A DNA stretch of 64,000 bases from Octopus vulgaris. Taxonomy: Eukaryota. The stretch spans positions 74,276,001 through 74,340,000 of the forward strand of contig OX597818.1 in assembly GCA_951406725.2 (NCBI GenBank), read 5' to 3'. Within the stretch, counting starts at the first letter, position 1; the number at the start of each line of letters is the position of its first letter. This document shows, in pieces, positions 28,206 to 41,697 of the stretch. Position numbers and translations under genes: made by a program. The notes beneath the pieces were generated by a model. The model was not told where the DNA came from. It saw nothing but the letters and a program-made list of their open reading frames with translations, and made no database searches.

Positions 28206-28297
28206 CCTACGGACGTACGTTTCGAAATCAAGTTTTAGGAAAGCATAAGAATTAGAAAATTCTACCTTACCCAAACTTCTTTTCTCATCGGCGTAGG
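28206..28297 (-). ncRNA. Type I hammerhead motif with U4C core, inside a TA-flanked element at about 27909-28760
   Basis: cctacg CCGATGA gaaa...tttc GAAA cgtacg TC cgtagg. All three helices are intact. Confidence 0.8.
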
Positions 28298-28757
28298 ATA
28301 CTACAATTATGAATAAACAATTTGTTACCGAAATGCATTGCGAATAAGCCCGCCATTTTCATAGATATGTAAAGATAAACATTCGTACATGCTACGACGA
28401 ATTCTACGGTTGGATATCGGGTTTGTAACGTTATGTTTTTTCTTATATATCTTGAGTTTGTTGCACTGATGAACATAGAATGCATATTCTGCATTAATTG
28501 CGAAATCACAGGTGATATGTAACTAAATTATATTTTTAAATGACTTGCTTTGAAGTTTTGCATTCGGTAAAATTTTGTTTATTTTAGTAGTTTTGACCGC
28601 ATTGGTCCCTCTTAGCGTGTGGCATCTACGAATAGTAGTAACCTGAATATAATATAAATAAATATTTTCAAAGTGGAAAAATTTACGGATTTTTTCTCTT
28701 ACGAGATTTTTCACGCTAACTACTGATAAATTCTTATAAAGATTTTATCCTCAATTG

Positions 28758-28862
<105 letters not shown>

Positions 28863-28871
28863 GAAATGAAG

Positions 28872-29189
28872 AAAATGCTGACAAAATAATTTAAGTAAGG
28901 GAGAGTGTATTTAATAGGTGAAAGTTCTTTTTACCGGTTGCGCATTTGTTATGCTTATCAAAAGATATTTTTTAAGAGAGATAGAGTTCCTTTCTGATAG
29001 ATTTTTTTCTCTTATCAGATTTTTTCTCTTTTTTTCTCTTATCAGATAGGAGAAAAAAATCTATCAGAAAGGAACTCTCTCGCTCTTAAAAAAATATCTT
29101 TTGATAGGCATAACAAATGCGCAACTGGTAAAAAGAACTTCACCTAGTAAATACACTCTCACTTACTTAAATTATTTTGTCAGCATTTT
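28872..29189. repeat. Palindromic element (about 140-bp arms), each arm with a degenerate U3-A8-type hammerhead
   Basis: 28872-29011 is the reverse complement of 29050-29189. Arm motif TTGATA(A/G) gcat aacaa atgc GCAA c(c/t)gg TA aaaaga. Confidence 0.8.
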
Positions 29190-29379
29190 GTATGTAACTT
29201 CTAGCACCTTAGCTCATATCAATTGGAAATAACAAATAGAGATAACTCTGAACAGACTCAGAGCCGTACCGTTAGCTAAATCACATTGAACAACATGGAC
29301 TGATTTGCGCCATTGAAGCTACAAATGCGACTGGGAATCTGACAGTGGACAATATTGGACTAATTTTGTACGTTGATGA

Positions 29380-29790
29380 CAAGCTGGCACAATCGTTAGC
29401 ACACCGAGCGAGCTACTATAATCGTTAGCACGCCGGGCGAAATGGTTAGCGGTATTTCATCTGCCGCTACGTTCTGAGTTCAAATTCTGCCGAGGTCGAC
29501 TTTGCCTTTCATCCTTTCGGGGTCGATAAATTAAGTACCAGTTACGCACTTGGGTCGATATAATCGACTTAATCCGTTTGTCTGTCCTTGTTTGTCCTCT
29601 CTGTGTTTAGCCCCTTGTGGATAGTAAAGAAATAGGTCTTTCGTCTGCCGTTACGTCCTGAACTCAAATCCCGCGGAGGTCGACATTGCACTTCATTCAT
29701 CCGGGTTCGATTAAATGAATACCAGATACGCACTGAGTTCAATGTAATCGACTTAATCCCTTCGTCTGTCCAAATTTGTCCCCTCTATGT
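29380..29790 (+). mobile_element. Nin/Deu-like SINE with a tandem diverged partial copy
   Basis: gagttcaaattc..ccgaggtcgactttgcctttcatcctttcggggtcgataaattaagtaccag. Second unit starts at about 29640. Confidence 0.85.
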
Positions 29791-29934
29791 TGAGATGTAT
29801 TTATTCCACAAGAGAGCATTTTTTTCTCCACGGTAATCGCATTGAACTTGCTTTTAGAAGTTGAAATATGACAAACATATTTTAATTAACTTAGTGTTCG
29901 CTTACGCCCAAACATCCCTAGGCTCTGATACTGC

Positions 29935-29996
<62 letters not shown>

Positions 29997-30027
29997 CATA
30001 TACATATATACATGTATGTATATATAT

Positions 30028-30079
<52 letters not shown>

Positions 30080-30126
30080 GTATCTATATATATATATATA
30101 CATATATATGTATATATGTATATATA

Positions 30127-30181
<55 letters not shown>

Positions 30182-30213
30182 GTATATATGTGTGTGTGTA
30201 TATATATATATAC

Positions 30214-30770
30214 ACGAGCTAAACGCCCCCGTCCAACGGACGGTGCTGAATTGTCAAATATTTAAACCCAATTTTCTCAAAACAACTTGTCCAACAGCCC
30301 CATAGCCCCTCAACCCTTTGAGAAACACTGATTTAACCTAAATTTGAGACACCAACAAAAGAAGAAATAAAGATAGAAATTTAAGGCAAAAAATTGTCTT
30401 TCCTTCCTTCATGCCAAGTTTGAAGAAAATATCTCTTTTGAATCTTACTTTTTGGACCTCTTAAATATACTGCATTGTGTGGCATTATTTGAAGCCAGCA
30501 TGCTTTTTTTGCAAAAACTGCACTTGCATTTTTTCTTGCGTATGCGTAGTATCGATCGCAACAGCTGATTTACTTGCGCGTACAAATGCACGTTCCCACG
30601 GCTTTATCGATCGCATTCTCACCTGGAAACGATTTTTGTAATTCAAGACTTATACACGCCCTGATACCGTCAGTAACTACATATCAAATTTGAGCGCAAT
30701 CGGATGTCGCTGCCCGAGATCCTAGACGACACACAGACAGACAAAACGGATTTTATCTAATATATTTATA
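30214..30770 (-). mobile_element. Non-autonomous Helitron-like element
   Basis: Minus strand has tctgtctgtgtg near the 5' end and the 3' hairpin ccgtcc-gtt-ggacgg followed by gcgtttagctcg|t. Confidence 0.55.
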
Positions 30771-30806
30771 TATATATATATATAATTTGTCCCAAGAAAA
30801 AGAATA

Positions 30807-30890
<84 letters not shown>

Positions 30891-33257
30891 GTCCCGCGAA
30901 AAAGAATACCGCTATCTTATATGATTTTGAATGCAGAATTCAAAAATAATGTCCAATTATCTGTATTACACCAGTGAAATAGAAAAACAAAACGCGGTTG
31001 AAATGAATCTCGTGGTGTGAAGAAGGAATACAGTGCAATGTGTGGCACAGATGCGGGTGAAGTGAAACACAACACAACGTGCGGTTGACATGGTAACAAG
31101 CTCTATATGTATGTATGTATTTATGTATGTATATATGTATGTATGTATGTATGTATGCATGTATGTATGCATGTATGGATGTATGTATATATGTATATAT
31201 ATATATATATATGTGCATATATATATATACATATACATACATACATACATACATACATACATACATACATACATACATACATACATACATACATACATAC
31301 GTACACACACTTGTAGAGTAGCCTGTGGCTGCCGGGAAATTTTCACAAAAGACTGTCTTTTTCTCAATTTTGTTTATTCCATGTCTTCTACAGAAAGGGA
31401 CACAGAAAAAAACAAGGAGAGAAACAAGGAGAGAAAAAATATGTGTAATGGCTAACGATCTATCATGGCGACATATATACATATCCGATTGATAGGCGTC
31501 TTGATCAGGACGGATTTCTGCTGTATTTGGTACAATTTACAAGGTCTAGATTCTTACTTCCTACTATTTAACATCGTAAAGCTAACCATAGGTGAAGCCG
31601 AGCTTTTGAAGTTGTAAACTGGTAACTGAAAATGTTTGCATTTGTAATTTGATAGTCATGGCATAAGTAAGTCTGACTGGAAACTGTAGTCGTTTGAATT
31701 GAAATGGGCCAGAGACTTTTGTGTGTTGATCATCTAATCAATACATTTTATACTAAAACGTTTCCTGAGACCGTGAGATGTGGGCACGTGTATGCATAAC
31801 ATCAAGTCTCTTCCTTCTCTGTTCGGGTGTCTCCTGAGCTCGCCACTGATGCTTTGTGAGGCTCTTTCCGCTTTGTCACCGTAATGAAATTCCTTATATA
31901 CATGCATACACAGACACACACTGATACTCACATATATAAACATATCACAATCAGTGTGAATGATATGCATATATAGAGAAAGAGTGAGAGAGTTGGTGGT
32001 AAAGACAAATATATATAGAGAGAGGAAGTTTACAATAAGAAATGTAATGAGAGAGAGAGAGAGAGAGAGAGTAGGATAAGAATATATAATCATACCCTTA
32101 AAATGACGCCTTTCTAAAAACATTCCATTGTGATGACCTGGAAGTAATGTTATTTCTCGTAGAAAATGATATTTTTTGATTACTAATAAACAAAAACCTT
32201 CTCTTTGGGACGCGGATGCCAAAAATGAAATCCATTTTCTCCAAGAAGCATCAGTTCGGAGCATTTCAGGTACATGCACATATAGCTAGACGCGTACAAT
32301 CTCTTTTATATGTAATTTTATAGAGCTGTCCTTTCAACCTGGTGGACAAAATATCGCTATTTCTCTGGTCTATACAACTTGGATGCCAAGGTTAACATTA
32401 TCGCCTTTATAAATATATGCTATTGAAGGTCTATGCTGCATTAATTACTTCATTATTCTATGATGCACTTGCTGTTTATCTCACCAGATGATTTAGTAGT
32501 GGGAAGTAGAAAGGATTCATTGTGAGACTTATTTTAGAATTTCAACAAACGCAGCTTAATCTTGTTTCGTATTCAAAAGAATAAATTGCTAAGGAGATGG
32601 AAGGAATAACTTTGGAATAGATTTGGTGAATGATAGTTTAATAGATGATATGAAATACCATTTCTTTCATTGATTATTTGGTATTGTATAGTTTTGGTAC
32701 ATTACTTCAGTCTTGCAAATATATAGACCATCAGAGTTATGCAGTGCTTTTTACTGAAAATGTACAAATGCTATGTGGTTGTTGCTATCGCCGTTTAAAT
32801 TCGTGTCAGTTCTAATTGAGCAAACCTAGAGTGGAGAAAGTTTTTCCATACGTGACCATTATTTTATGTATTCAGACTTAGCTTATCTAAAGCTACACTA
32901 TCCAGTCCTTCATTCATTAACATAACAGTGTATGATTCGAAAGGGATTTTACTTCAATTCCGAACGGCGATTTAGATTCTTCGTCCTTGGTTAGAATTAC
33001 CGCACTTAATATTTAACTGAAATGTTGGTGGTGATTCATCAGATGCTTTTTTTATATATATTCAGTCACTGTGCAGATAAGTATTCATGTGTTTGGCATC
33101 CACGCTAATCACAACTAATGTATAAGTAACAATAAGTTACCTAATTGCAATTATCCGATGAAACTCCAAGTACGGATACCATTAAATCCACCTTTCTTTT
33201 CTTCCCTCGGTTTAATCATTCCGCTCTTTAAACATTCACACACATTACACACACACA

Positions 33258-33306
<49 letters not shown>

Positions 33307-33559
33307 GTGTGTACCTCAGCTGTACAATACAAATTTTTGTTCAATCAAAGACAATTCACACCACTTCACAAGGTGTCTGTTCTATGGAACACAATACAAA
33401 ATATATCCAATCCAACGGTGTCGACAGTATGGAACTGCCAGAGTATACATGAGTATACACGTAAAGAGAAGAAGATAGGAAAATAATTGCACGAGTTTGG
33501 TAACAGAAAAGTTGCTAAACAAATGAACGATGAGGCGAAGGAAGTCTTTGAACTGCAGC

Positions 33560-33916
33560 TATGCTGGAACACCGCTTTTAGTCGAACACATCAAAGTCAA
33601 GACTTATTCTTTCTAAGTCTAGTACTTGTTCTATCGGCCACGTTTCCCGAAGCGCTAATTTACGGCGGCTTAAACACACATCGATTGTGGACAAACACAG
33701 ACACACAAATACATAAACACAGACACAGATACACAGACACAAACACACACACACACAGACACACACACACACATACGCACACACACATATGTATAGGACG
33801 GGCTTCTTTCAGCATCCATCTACCAAATCCACTCTCTAAGCTTTGGTTGGCCAGAGATTATAGTAGAAGACACTTGCTGAAGGTGCCACGCAGAGGGGCT
33901 GAACCCAGAACCATAT
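33560..33916 (-). mobile_element. Abundant SINE, diverged copy, head cut off at the adjacent PLE
   Basis: Family body and tail with an internal CA repeat. Confidence 0.75.
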
Positions 33917-34507
33917 GACGATGAGTTAACTATAGCTAACTTCTTAGATATTACTCTTAATTTGCAAAATAACTCATACTTCCCATATCACAAACCTTCC
34001 ACCAATCTCAAGTATATTAGTCCTTCCAGTAATCACGCTAGGGCAATTACTAAGAATTCAGTTAAAAACATTTCAGTTCGATTGTCTAAATTATCCGCCA
34101 ATGTTGACATTTTTAACGACAAGGCAGAATTTATAATTCTGCCTTAGTTAAAGCAGGGAATAAAGAAAAAGTTACATACATTGATTCTGCTCAATCTCAT
34201 CCTTCATCTACTGTTCAAGACAAGAAATCTAGTTGTAATAAGAAGTATGATTTTAATTCTAATATTGTAAACAGCACAAAACATAAAATTCCTTTACGGG
34301 TTAAGGGGATCAAGCATTATTTAAGCCCATTTTTTTAAGTCTAGAGGAATTTCACCGTTCTTTAAAGATAGTACCACTTATAATTTGATTGTTACTAGGA
34401 AAACTGTCTAGTTTGTTATTCCGTAAGAAAAACAAATTAAATCTAATCTTCCTTTGTAGTTCCATGAAGTGGTTGGTAAGAACTTTCCAAAAAATTCTAG
34501 ATATTAC

Positions 34508-34830
34508 GGAGATGTACTTGCATAGCAAGTGATTTGGTCTGAGATCGTGTGCTGAAACGAAAACAATAGCAGCGTGGAAGGTGTTTGTAAGCCATTTAAG
34601 AAACACACAAAAGCCTTTCGATTCCCTTCAACATTTAAGTTTAATTTGTCAAAATATTTTCGTCGCTATCAGACCACGACCTGTTCACTGATAAGATTTT
34701 TGTCAGTGAACAGGTCGTGGTCTTATAGCGACGAAAATATTTTGACAAATTAAACTTAAATGTTGAAGGGAATCGAAAGGCTTTTGTGTGTTTCTTAAAT
34801 GGCTTACAAACACCTTCCATGCTGCAATTG
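34508..34830. mobile_element. Palindromic insertion with a 12-bp target-site duplication and two back-to-back G3-C8 hammerheads
   Basis: tctagatattac at 34496-34507 and 34831-34842. Arms about 34564-34695 and 34700-34831. Confidence 0.85.
34699..34749 (+). ncRNA. Type I hammerhead motif with swapped G3-C8 core pair (mirror copy at 34645-34695 on -)
   Basis: tttgtca GTGAACA g gtcg..cgac GAAA atat TT tgacaaa. Confidence 0.75.
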
Positions 34831-35008
34831 TCTAGATATTACTGAATTATTAATTCTCATATAGAGTTGCCTTCTCCATCACAAAGAATCTTTCACAAAT
34901 TATATCTTCTCATAATATCAGTCTGCTAAATAAAATTTCATTTTCTGGGAGTTTCAACATTAATTTTGTTAATTCCACCCTTCACATAATAATAATAATA
35001 ATAATAAT

Positions 35009-35066
<58 letters not shown>

Positions 35067-35077
35067 GCAATAAAAAC

Positions 35078-35509
35078 ATGGTTTTGATCTCTGAGGACAA
35101 CCCCAACATAATTAAATTTATGTCTAATAATTCTAAGATCAAGAATTCTATATACCAATGTAAAATTTCTTGCGGTACCGATGTCTACTTCTACATTGGC
35201 GCAACCTCTTCCCAGTTATCTAAGAGAATTTCCAATCATTATTCTTCATTTAGGGATAGCAGTAAACGTCATAGCACTGGGCTAAGTAAATTGGTTTGGT
35301 ATCTTAAAAACAACAATAAGGATTTTAAGTTAGATTGGTTCATCATGTCCATATCTTTACCTTACGATAAGGGCAAAGGATTTTGTAACATTTGCAACTC
35401 TGAATTCTTCCATATACTCTTCTCTAAGAATCACCTTGTTAACACACTTATAGAGCGATCTTACAAATGTAAGCACTGGCAGAAACATACCTTTAGCTCA
35501 TATAAGTGA
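35078..35509 (+). pseudogene. GIY-YIG endonuclease domain of the PLE
   Basis: SIYQCKI...FYIGAT...KRISNH..SFR..STGLSKLVW.LK..CNICNSE..KCKH. Confidence 0.9.
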
Positions 35510-35782
35510 TTTTACCAGTCTTTGTAGTTTGAACATTTAGTTCAACGTGCACTTTACTTCAATAGAGAAATCTACTTCCAAGCCTTTGAACACTTTTTCA
35601 ACCAATATATCCCTCTTTATTTGCTCTCTACTTATTATTTCTTTACCCATTCTCTTCCTAGTGTCTGCCTTTGATGTCGAATCTACTAACGGTTTGTTTT
35701 AAATACTTAATAGAGTTCTATTTATCATTTATGCAGTCATCAAAATTGTTATAATGTCTTGTTGTTGAGATAGGTTCTCTTT

Positions 35783-35865
35783 CTTTCCTGATGAGAAGAT
35801 TGCATTTTACACCGTTTATTCCTTTGGAATAAAACCAATGTTGTCTTCGAAACATATGTCGAAAG
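35783..35865 (+). ncRNA. Type I hammerhead ribozyme motif, canonical, in PLE pLTR
   Basis: ctttc CTGATGA gaagat...gtcttc GAAA catatg TC gaaag. Predicted cleavage after C35860. Confidence 0.9.
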
Positions 35866-36078
35866 TAAAAGAATTTGAATAGCATCTGCGTTCAACTCCA
35901 TTTATTTACTTATACTACACAAATTACTACACATTAACCCGTTGTTTCTACCTTTGAAAAGGTCGCTATATCCTTGTTACTTGCGTGAATTTTGCTACCC
36001 CGGAAACTGTTTATTGAATTTTCCATGTTAACGGTAAACAAAGGATAATACATTCATCCATTTATATATATATATATG

Positions 36079-36132
<54 letters not shown>

Positions 36133-36246
36133 TATATATACATATATATACACATACGTATATGTATGTATACATACAAACACACACATATATATGTGTG
36201 TGTGCCTGTGTGTGTGTGCATGCATGTGGCATGTGTATATATATGC

Positions 36247-36356
<110 letters not shown>

Positions 36357-36836
36357 ATACACTGATAGAAATGCTGTTATTCACATGTTGCCAGCGATTG
36401 AATATTGCTCGAGAATGGTCGGTCATATAGTACAATATACTCTGTGCATATATTTGTATTTTTAAAATTTAAAGCGATTAACATCTACCATATAGAGGAA
36501 ATTGTTAAAGTATGATTAATATCATTACAAGTAACTTCATCACCTTCCGTAGCGACACATTTCTCGTATTTCTTGTTCTATTTCAACTGATGAAAAAGAA
36601 TGTAAATTTCAGAATATATTTCTTGAATACCTCTAATTCTATTATGTTATGCCATTTTATATCTTGAAATTTTAATTTCCGATAGTTTGAAAAATGACCT
36701 AGTCCTATGAAAGAGTGAAAACTAATATGCTCGATGACATGAGAGGTAAGAGTTCTTTCCGATGTTATTTGCACTAAACTTTGTTCTCTTTAAAATCGAT
36801 CTGACAATATTTAAAACGAAAACAACGACAAAGCTA

Positions 36837-37432
36837 TTAGGTTGTCAAGAACGTTCTTGCGGTTTTTAACCTTTAAATTCAGATGCACATATCTCGGCTC
36901 AAACAAAACTTTATTAATCGAAATGAACACCATCAGAATCAACACACTTTTGCTAACGCGAAAGAAGTTTATTTATGCCAGTAGCGTAAAAATTCTGCGT
37001 TCCGGCGGCGATGAAGTCGTAGAACGGGTGTTTGGCATCGTCTATTTTTAAGCATTACTCACGCAGGAATTGTCGGGATGCTTGAAAAAGTGGTAGTCAG
37101 TAGGGGAGAGGTTTGGTGCGTAAGAGGGATGAGGCAGAGTTTCCTAGCCCAATTTGTTCAGCTTCTGCAGCGTCAGTTGTGCGGCGTGCAGTCGAGTGTT
37201 GTCGTGGAGAAGAATTGGTCATTTTCTATTGACCAATACTGGCTGTTGTTGTCGGAGTTTCTTGTGCATTTCCTTGATTTGCTGACAGTACTTCTCCACC
37301 GTAATGGTTTCGCCTGAATCCAAAAAGCAGTGATGGCTGAGACAGGCCGCAGACCATCCAACAGTCACCATGACATTCTTTTGGTGCAACTTTTTGGTGC
37401 AACTTGCGTGGAGCTTTGTCGGCGTCAACCAC
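36837..37432 (-). mobile_element. mariner (DD34D) transposon, 3' half with terminal inverted repeat
   Basis: KLHQKNVMVTVGW..GETIT..YCQQ, LLHDN, LPHPSYAPNLSPTDYHFF. End reads ta|ttaggttgtc. Confidence 0.9.
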
Positions 37433-37925
37433 AAATAGCTTCAGGGTTGATGTATTAAAGATAGAGTAATATTTATGTTGTCAAGGGAGGTTAGTATATT
37501 AAAGAAGGATTTAGTTAAGTTTTTTTTTAACATTAAGAGAGAAGGGAGTGTATACCATAGGATAGAGCATCCGCCACTTTTATTAGGGTGTTTAGGGGTA
37601 GTGCTATCTATATTTTTGGAGAATGGAGGTGTGTAGCACGGCCCACTTTGTTAGCTGTTTCAGCTTTTGGCCTAGTATTATATTTGTGCGTGTGGGGTGT
37701 AGGTTGTCTTAATGCGAGATCCTCCTGGTTCTATCAAAGTGTATATGTGGTCTGTTGTGATTCTGATGGTTGGTGTATCGTTGCGATGTGATATATGTTG
37801 TTTGAGCGTGGTATTAGGGATGTATTTTATTTGTTGGGAGAAGCAGCTGGCAGAGAGCGCTTGGTTGTAATATGGTGCGTGGTTATCGAAAATGTCCTCA
37901 GTGGAAGAGAGGTCAGATATACCTC
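37433..37925 (-). mobile_element. Internal PLE fragment, close copy of 46790-47160
   Basis: LSSTEDIFDNHAPYYNQALSASCFSQQIKYIPN is encoded almost identically at 46800-46900 (+). Confidence 0.85.
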
Positions 37926-38850
37926 GTGCCATTCAATAACAACTTTAGCTGTGTGAATTGGGGCTTTATCATCCCGAAAGATTGCATTTACCCCCGAAAA
38001 CAGTTCCACAATCATAGGATGAATTTGATGAGATAAAATGCTTAAATAGTCTTGACTATTAATTCCGCCATGAAGGGAAACCATAGGGCCGGCGGATTTC
38101 CAAGATATAGCCCCACCCCAGATCATCACAGGTACTCCTCCATGTTTAGCAGTTAGAAGAAGGCAATCAGGGTCAAATGCTTTTTTTGGCTGTCTCCACA
38201 CGTATACCCGACCGGTGGTCGGGTGTAAGGTAAAGGATCACACGCCAGACAAAATAACATTCTTCCACTGCTCTAGGGACCAATTCTGTATGTTTTACTC
38301 TACTCTAAACGCTTTTCAACGCTTGTTTTCGAAAGTAGTGCTTTTCTGATAGCAGTCCTCGCGTGAAATCTGGGATTGTGCAGCTCCCGTCGAACAGGTT
38401 TTGTGGAAACTAGCTTCTCGAGGTAGTCATTAAACTCTGCAGTAATTTTGGGAGGTGTACATTTGTGATCCTTTCTAACAATTGGCATTCTTCCGAAGTT
38501 TTGTTTCAACGAGAAGGTTTTTCCCTCTTTCTCAAATGCTGTCATTACTTTCGAAATAGTACTTCTTCATACACCAAACATTTCGGTTGTTTTTGTCGCG
38601 CTAGCGCCTGCCATACAAGCACCAACAATTTGACCTCTTTGTAAGTCCGATAGCTCTGTCATTTTCCTGAATTTTAATTACCTTTCCCTGACGATATCTG
38701 AAAAGAAGCAGCAATTTTAACAAAGCATATTAAGCAACACTAATAATAAATCAAAAAACATAAAAATAAACAAGCTTTTGACGCTTTTATAGATATTTCA
38801 AAATTATGATGCTATGGTGCTAGGTACTTCCATTATTTTTCTAACCCGTG
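37926..38850 (-). mobile_element. Tc1 transposon, 5' part with left end (ATG at 38662)
   Basis: MTELSDLQRGQIVG.., VWRQPKKAFDPDCL..KHGG..VMIWG..IFRDDKAPIHTAK. Terminus ta|cacgggttagaaaaataatggaa. Confidence 0.9.
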
Positions 38851-39031
38851 TATGTGTATATGTGTATATATGTGTATATATGTGCGCACGTTTGTGTATA
38901 TATACATGCATGCATGTATATATTCATACATAAACCGAGGTACTACTGTATTAAATGAATATGAGAAAGACGGGATATAACGTACTATTTATCTGTGATT
39001 AGAGTTGTTCCAAAAACCGAGTTTCTACTGC

Positions 39032-39114
<83 letters not shown>

Positions 39115-39399
39115 GTATATATAAATATGACAAGCAATAAATAATGGTCATTACATATTTATACACACACATACACACACAGTTTGTGCCTATTTCCTTT
39201 GCTCTCCTCTTGTTTGTAGAAGTGACTGATATTTTATATTTCTAAATATTTGTAGGTGTCAGAAATGTCAATTTGAAACGACTGTTTACATGTCATTCGT
39301 ATACTTCGTGATAAATATTTGTTGCAAGAAATCTATGAAGCACATTCCTGAAGAAGAAATTGATTAAAATATATTTCTGTAGATGTTAATGTCTGGGTG

Positions 39400-40000
39400 A
39401 AGTGTACAGGATCTTACCATCCGTGGCCCTTTTTCAAAATCATTGAACTAGGTTTGAAAAATGCGGGCAAGTTATCTGCAAAAGATAAATTTTGTCAGAA
39501 GGGCTACAAGTTACATTCTTTTCACGGTATCGAACGTCTGTCAGTTTCAACTTTGATTTCCTTACTCCTTTGTTTGTCTGATTCCGCTGTCTCCTGCGGC
39601 TTTGTTCTGTCATATCACTTATTGACCATGTAGAGTCTTTTTTTCTTTCTGGCAAGTATCTTAGTATGTCAATCTTTCTTACCCATTTTTAGGTTAGGTT
39701 TTAATTTTGTAACCCATCTTATCAACATTTTCCTTCTTCAGTACTCCAGACATGTGTGGTTTTTAATAAAAGAAACAAAAAACATAGGCAGAGGTTTTAC
39801 TGTCTCCTATTTTATGTTCATTATTACCATTAGGGAATTTTTGTCATCTCAGTGTATGTAAGTTATGATACATTTCTTACTTCAGAAGACCCACCCACTT
39901 CACCTAATGTCTTGCAATCTTAGTAACTGTAATCCTTTGTTATGGAATTGCAGTTGATATATTTTGAATGCAATTACCTTGTTTCCTTGTTTATTCCAGC
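39400..40000 (-). mobile_element. Possible heavily decayed LINE APE-endonuclease remnant
   Basis: STWS...NQTN...LTDVRYRE....PSD loosely resembles TW.S..NQID..DVR..SDH. Confidence 0.3.
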
Positions 40001-41409
40001 TTCCAGACGAAATTATTACAAATATAAGTTGTTTCTAAATCATATTCATGGTGAATACTTGATCTACTATTCCCGTGTCTCGAGGGAAATTTCAGTTATA
40101 GTAAAGATGATGATTTATATGAATGGAATATTGTAGCATATAATTAGAAAGTTTTAAGTGGAAGACCTTCTTGGCTGTATTCAGCAGCAAGATAATCTTT
40201 CAACCGATAGTTAACGGGATTCCAGTCGTACCAGACAGTACACGTTTGTTTTCTCTCTCATAGTACGTTTTAGTCTCTTCGAATTGCACAGCATCACTTA
40301 CCAGGAAGTTACAATTAGTTTTATTGTTGCATCAGTTGCATCCACTGAGCACGAATATTATTTCTGTCATTGGATTTAAGATGTATAATATGTTATATAA
40401 ACTAACATTTTACATACTCTTATCTCTTAAATTTTAAATAAAATTTCATTTCCATTGTCTATCTTTAATCCTAATCCATCGCATCATATTGACTCTAACA
40501 ATTCTGATTTCCTACAACCTTTTCATGTTATTGCTATTATATATCTAAGTTCACAAATGTTAACTCTTTTCTATTATCATACATATTTGCATTAACTAAA
40601 TGAATTCATTTCCTTCGATAACAACATATTTTCCTCTAATTATCATTAATTTTTTTTCTTTTTTGCACAATAGGTTCTCAGTCACATTCATTTATAACTA
40701 ACATAAGGAATTATTTATTATCTTAGTTTCTACCATTAGTACCTTATTATATCTACTAATTTAATCAGCCAACCGGCGTAATAGGCTGAACTGGTTACAA
40801 CACCCAAGGTACCTACCCTCGTGGTATTCAGGCAGGTTACAATGCAGACAGTAGTACAGAAGACGGTTATACACGTGTTATGATCCGGATGAAGTCAGGC
40901 TCCCTTAGAGTGTAAGTAATTAAAGGCCGAAAATCTTGCATGATAGTCCTTCTCTGACGGCCTTTTCATGTTCAGCTCTCTACACAGTTTCTTACAAAAT
41001 TTCTTGTACAAATCTATGTTCAAACTTACTTCATTCGTTATTTAATTATATTTTCCCTACAGTGAAACAATTCAAGCCTACTCTTCAAGATTTTTACTAC
41101 AAATCATATCAAACTTACTGACTAAGCAAAGAAAATGTATATTTTCCACTCAGTAAATTCAGTATTTTTTAATAAGTTTTAATTGATTTTAAAATTAAGT
41201 TTATTCTGTAATGTTATAAAACTACTTCATTTTAATTTTCATTTTTCATTAAAATAGAAATTTTTAAAATTAAGGTAATTTTACAATTTTACGATATTTT
41301 CTAATCAATATTTAAAAATTTAGCCAAATAGAATAAACAGCTTAAAACATTTCTTAATAATACAATATCTAATTCCTTATTTTTCAAAATTATAAATAAA
41401 GGAAAATTA

Positions 41410-41697
41410 GGCGCAGGAGTGGCTGTGTGGTAAGTAGCTTGCTAACCAACCACATGGTTGATCTTGGGCAAGTGTCTTCTGCTATAGCCCCGGGCCGACC
41501 AATGCCTTGTGAGTGGATTTGGTAGTCGTAAACTGTGTTTACGTCCCTGTCACTTAGCGGTTCGGCAAAAGAGACTGATAGAATAAGTACTGGGCTTACA
41601 AAGAATAAGTTCCGTGGTCGATTTGCTCGACTAAAGGCGGTGCTCCAGCATGGCCGCAGTCAAGTGACTGAAATAAGTAAAAGAGTAAAAGAGAGTA
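41410..41697 (+). mobile_element. Abundant SINE with internal deletions, followed by a decayed Nin-like SINE (41730-41900)
   Basis: Head ggcgcaggagtggctgtgtggtaag, tail aagtaaaagagtaaaagag. Confidence 0.85.

Larger units (their letters stand above)
33925..36060 (+). mobile_element. Penelope-like element, 5'-truncated (RT thumb, GIY-YIG, pLTR hammerhead)
   Basis: NFLDITLNL..YHKP..KYI..SNH (33935-34140), followed by the GIY-YIG ORF and ending at (TA)n. Confidence 0.9.

Noticed and set aside
39245-39335. Minus-strand CNKYLSRSIRMTC has insulin B-chain-like cysteine spacing
   Set aside because: It lacks the conserved Gly, the paralog has an in-frame stop right after it, and no A chain was seen.
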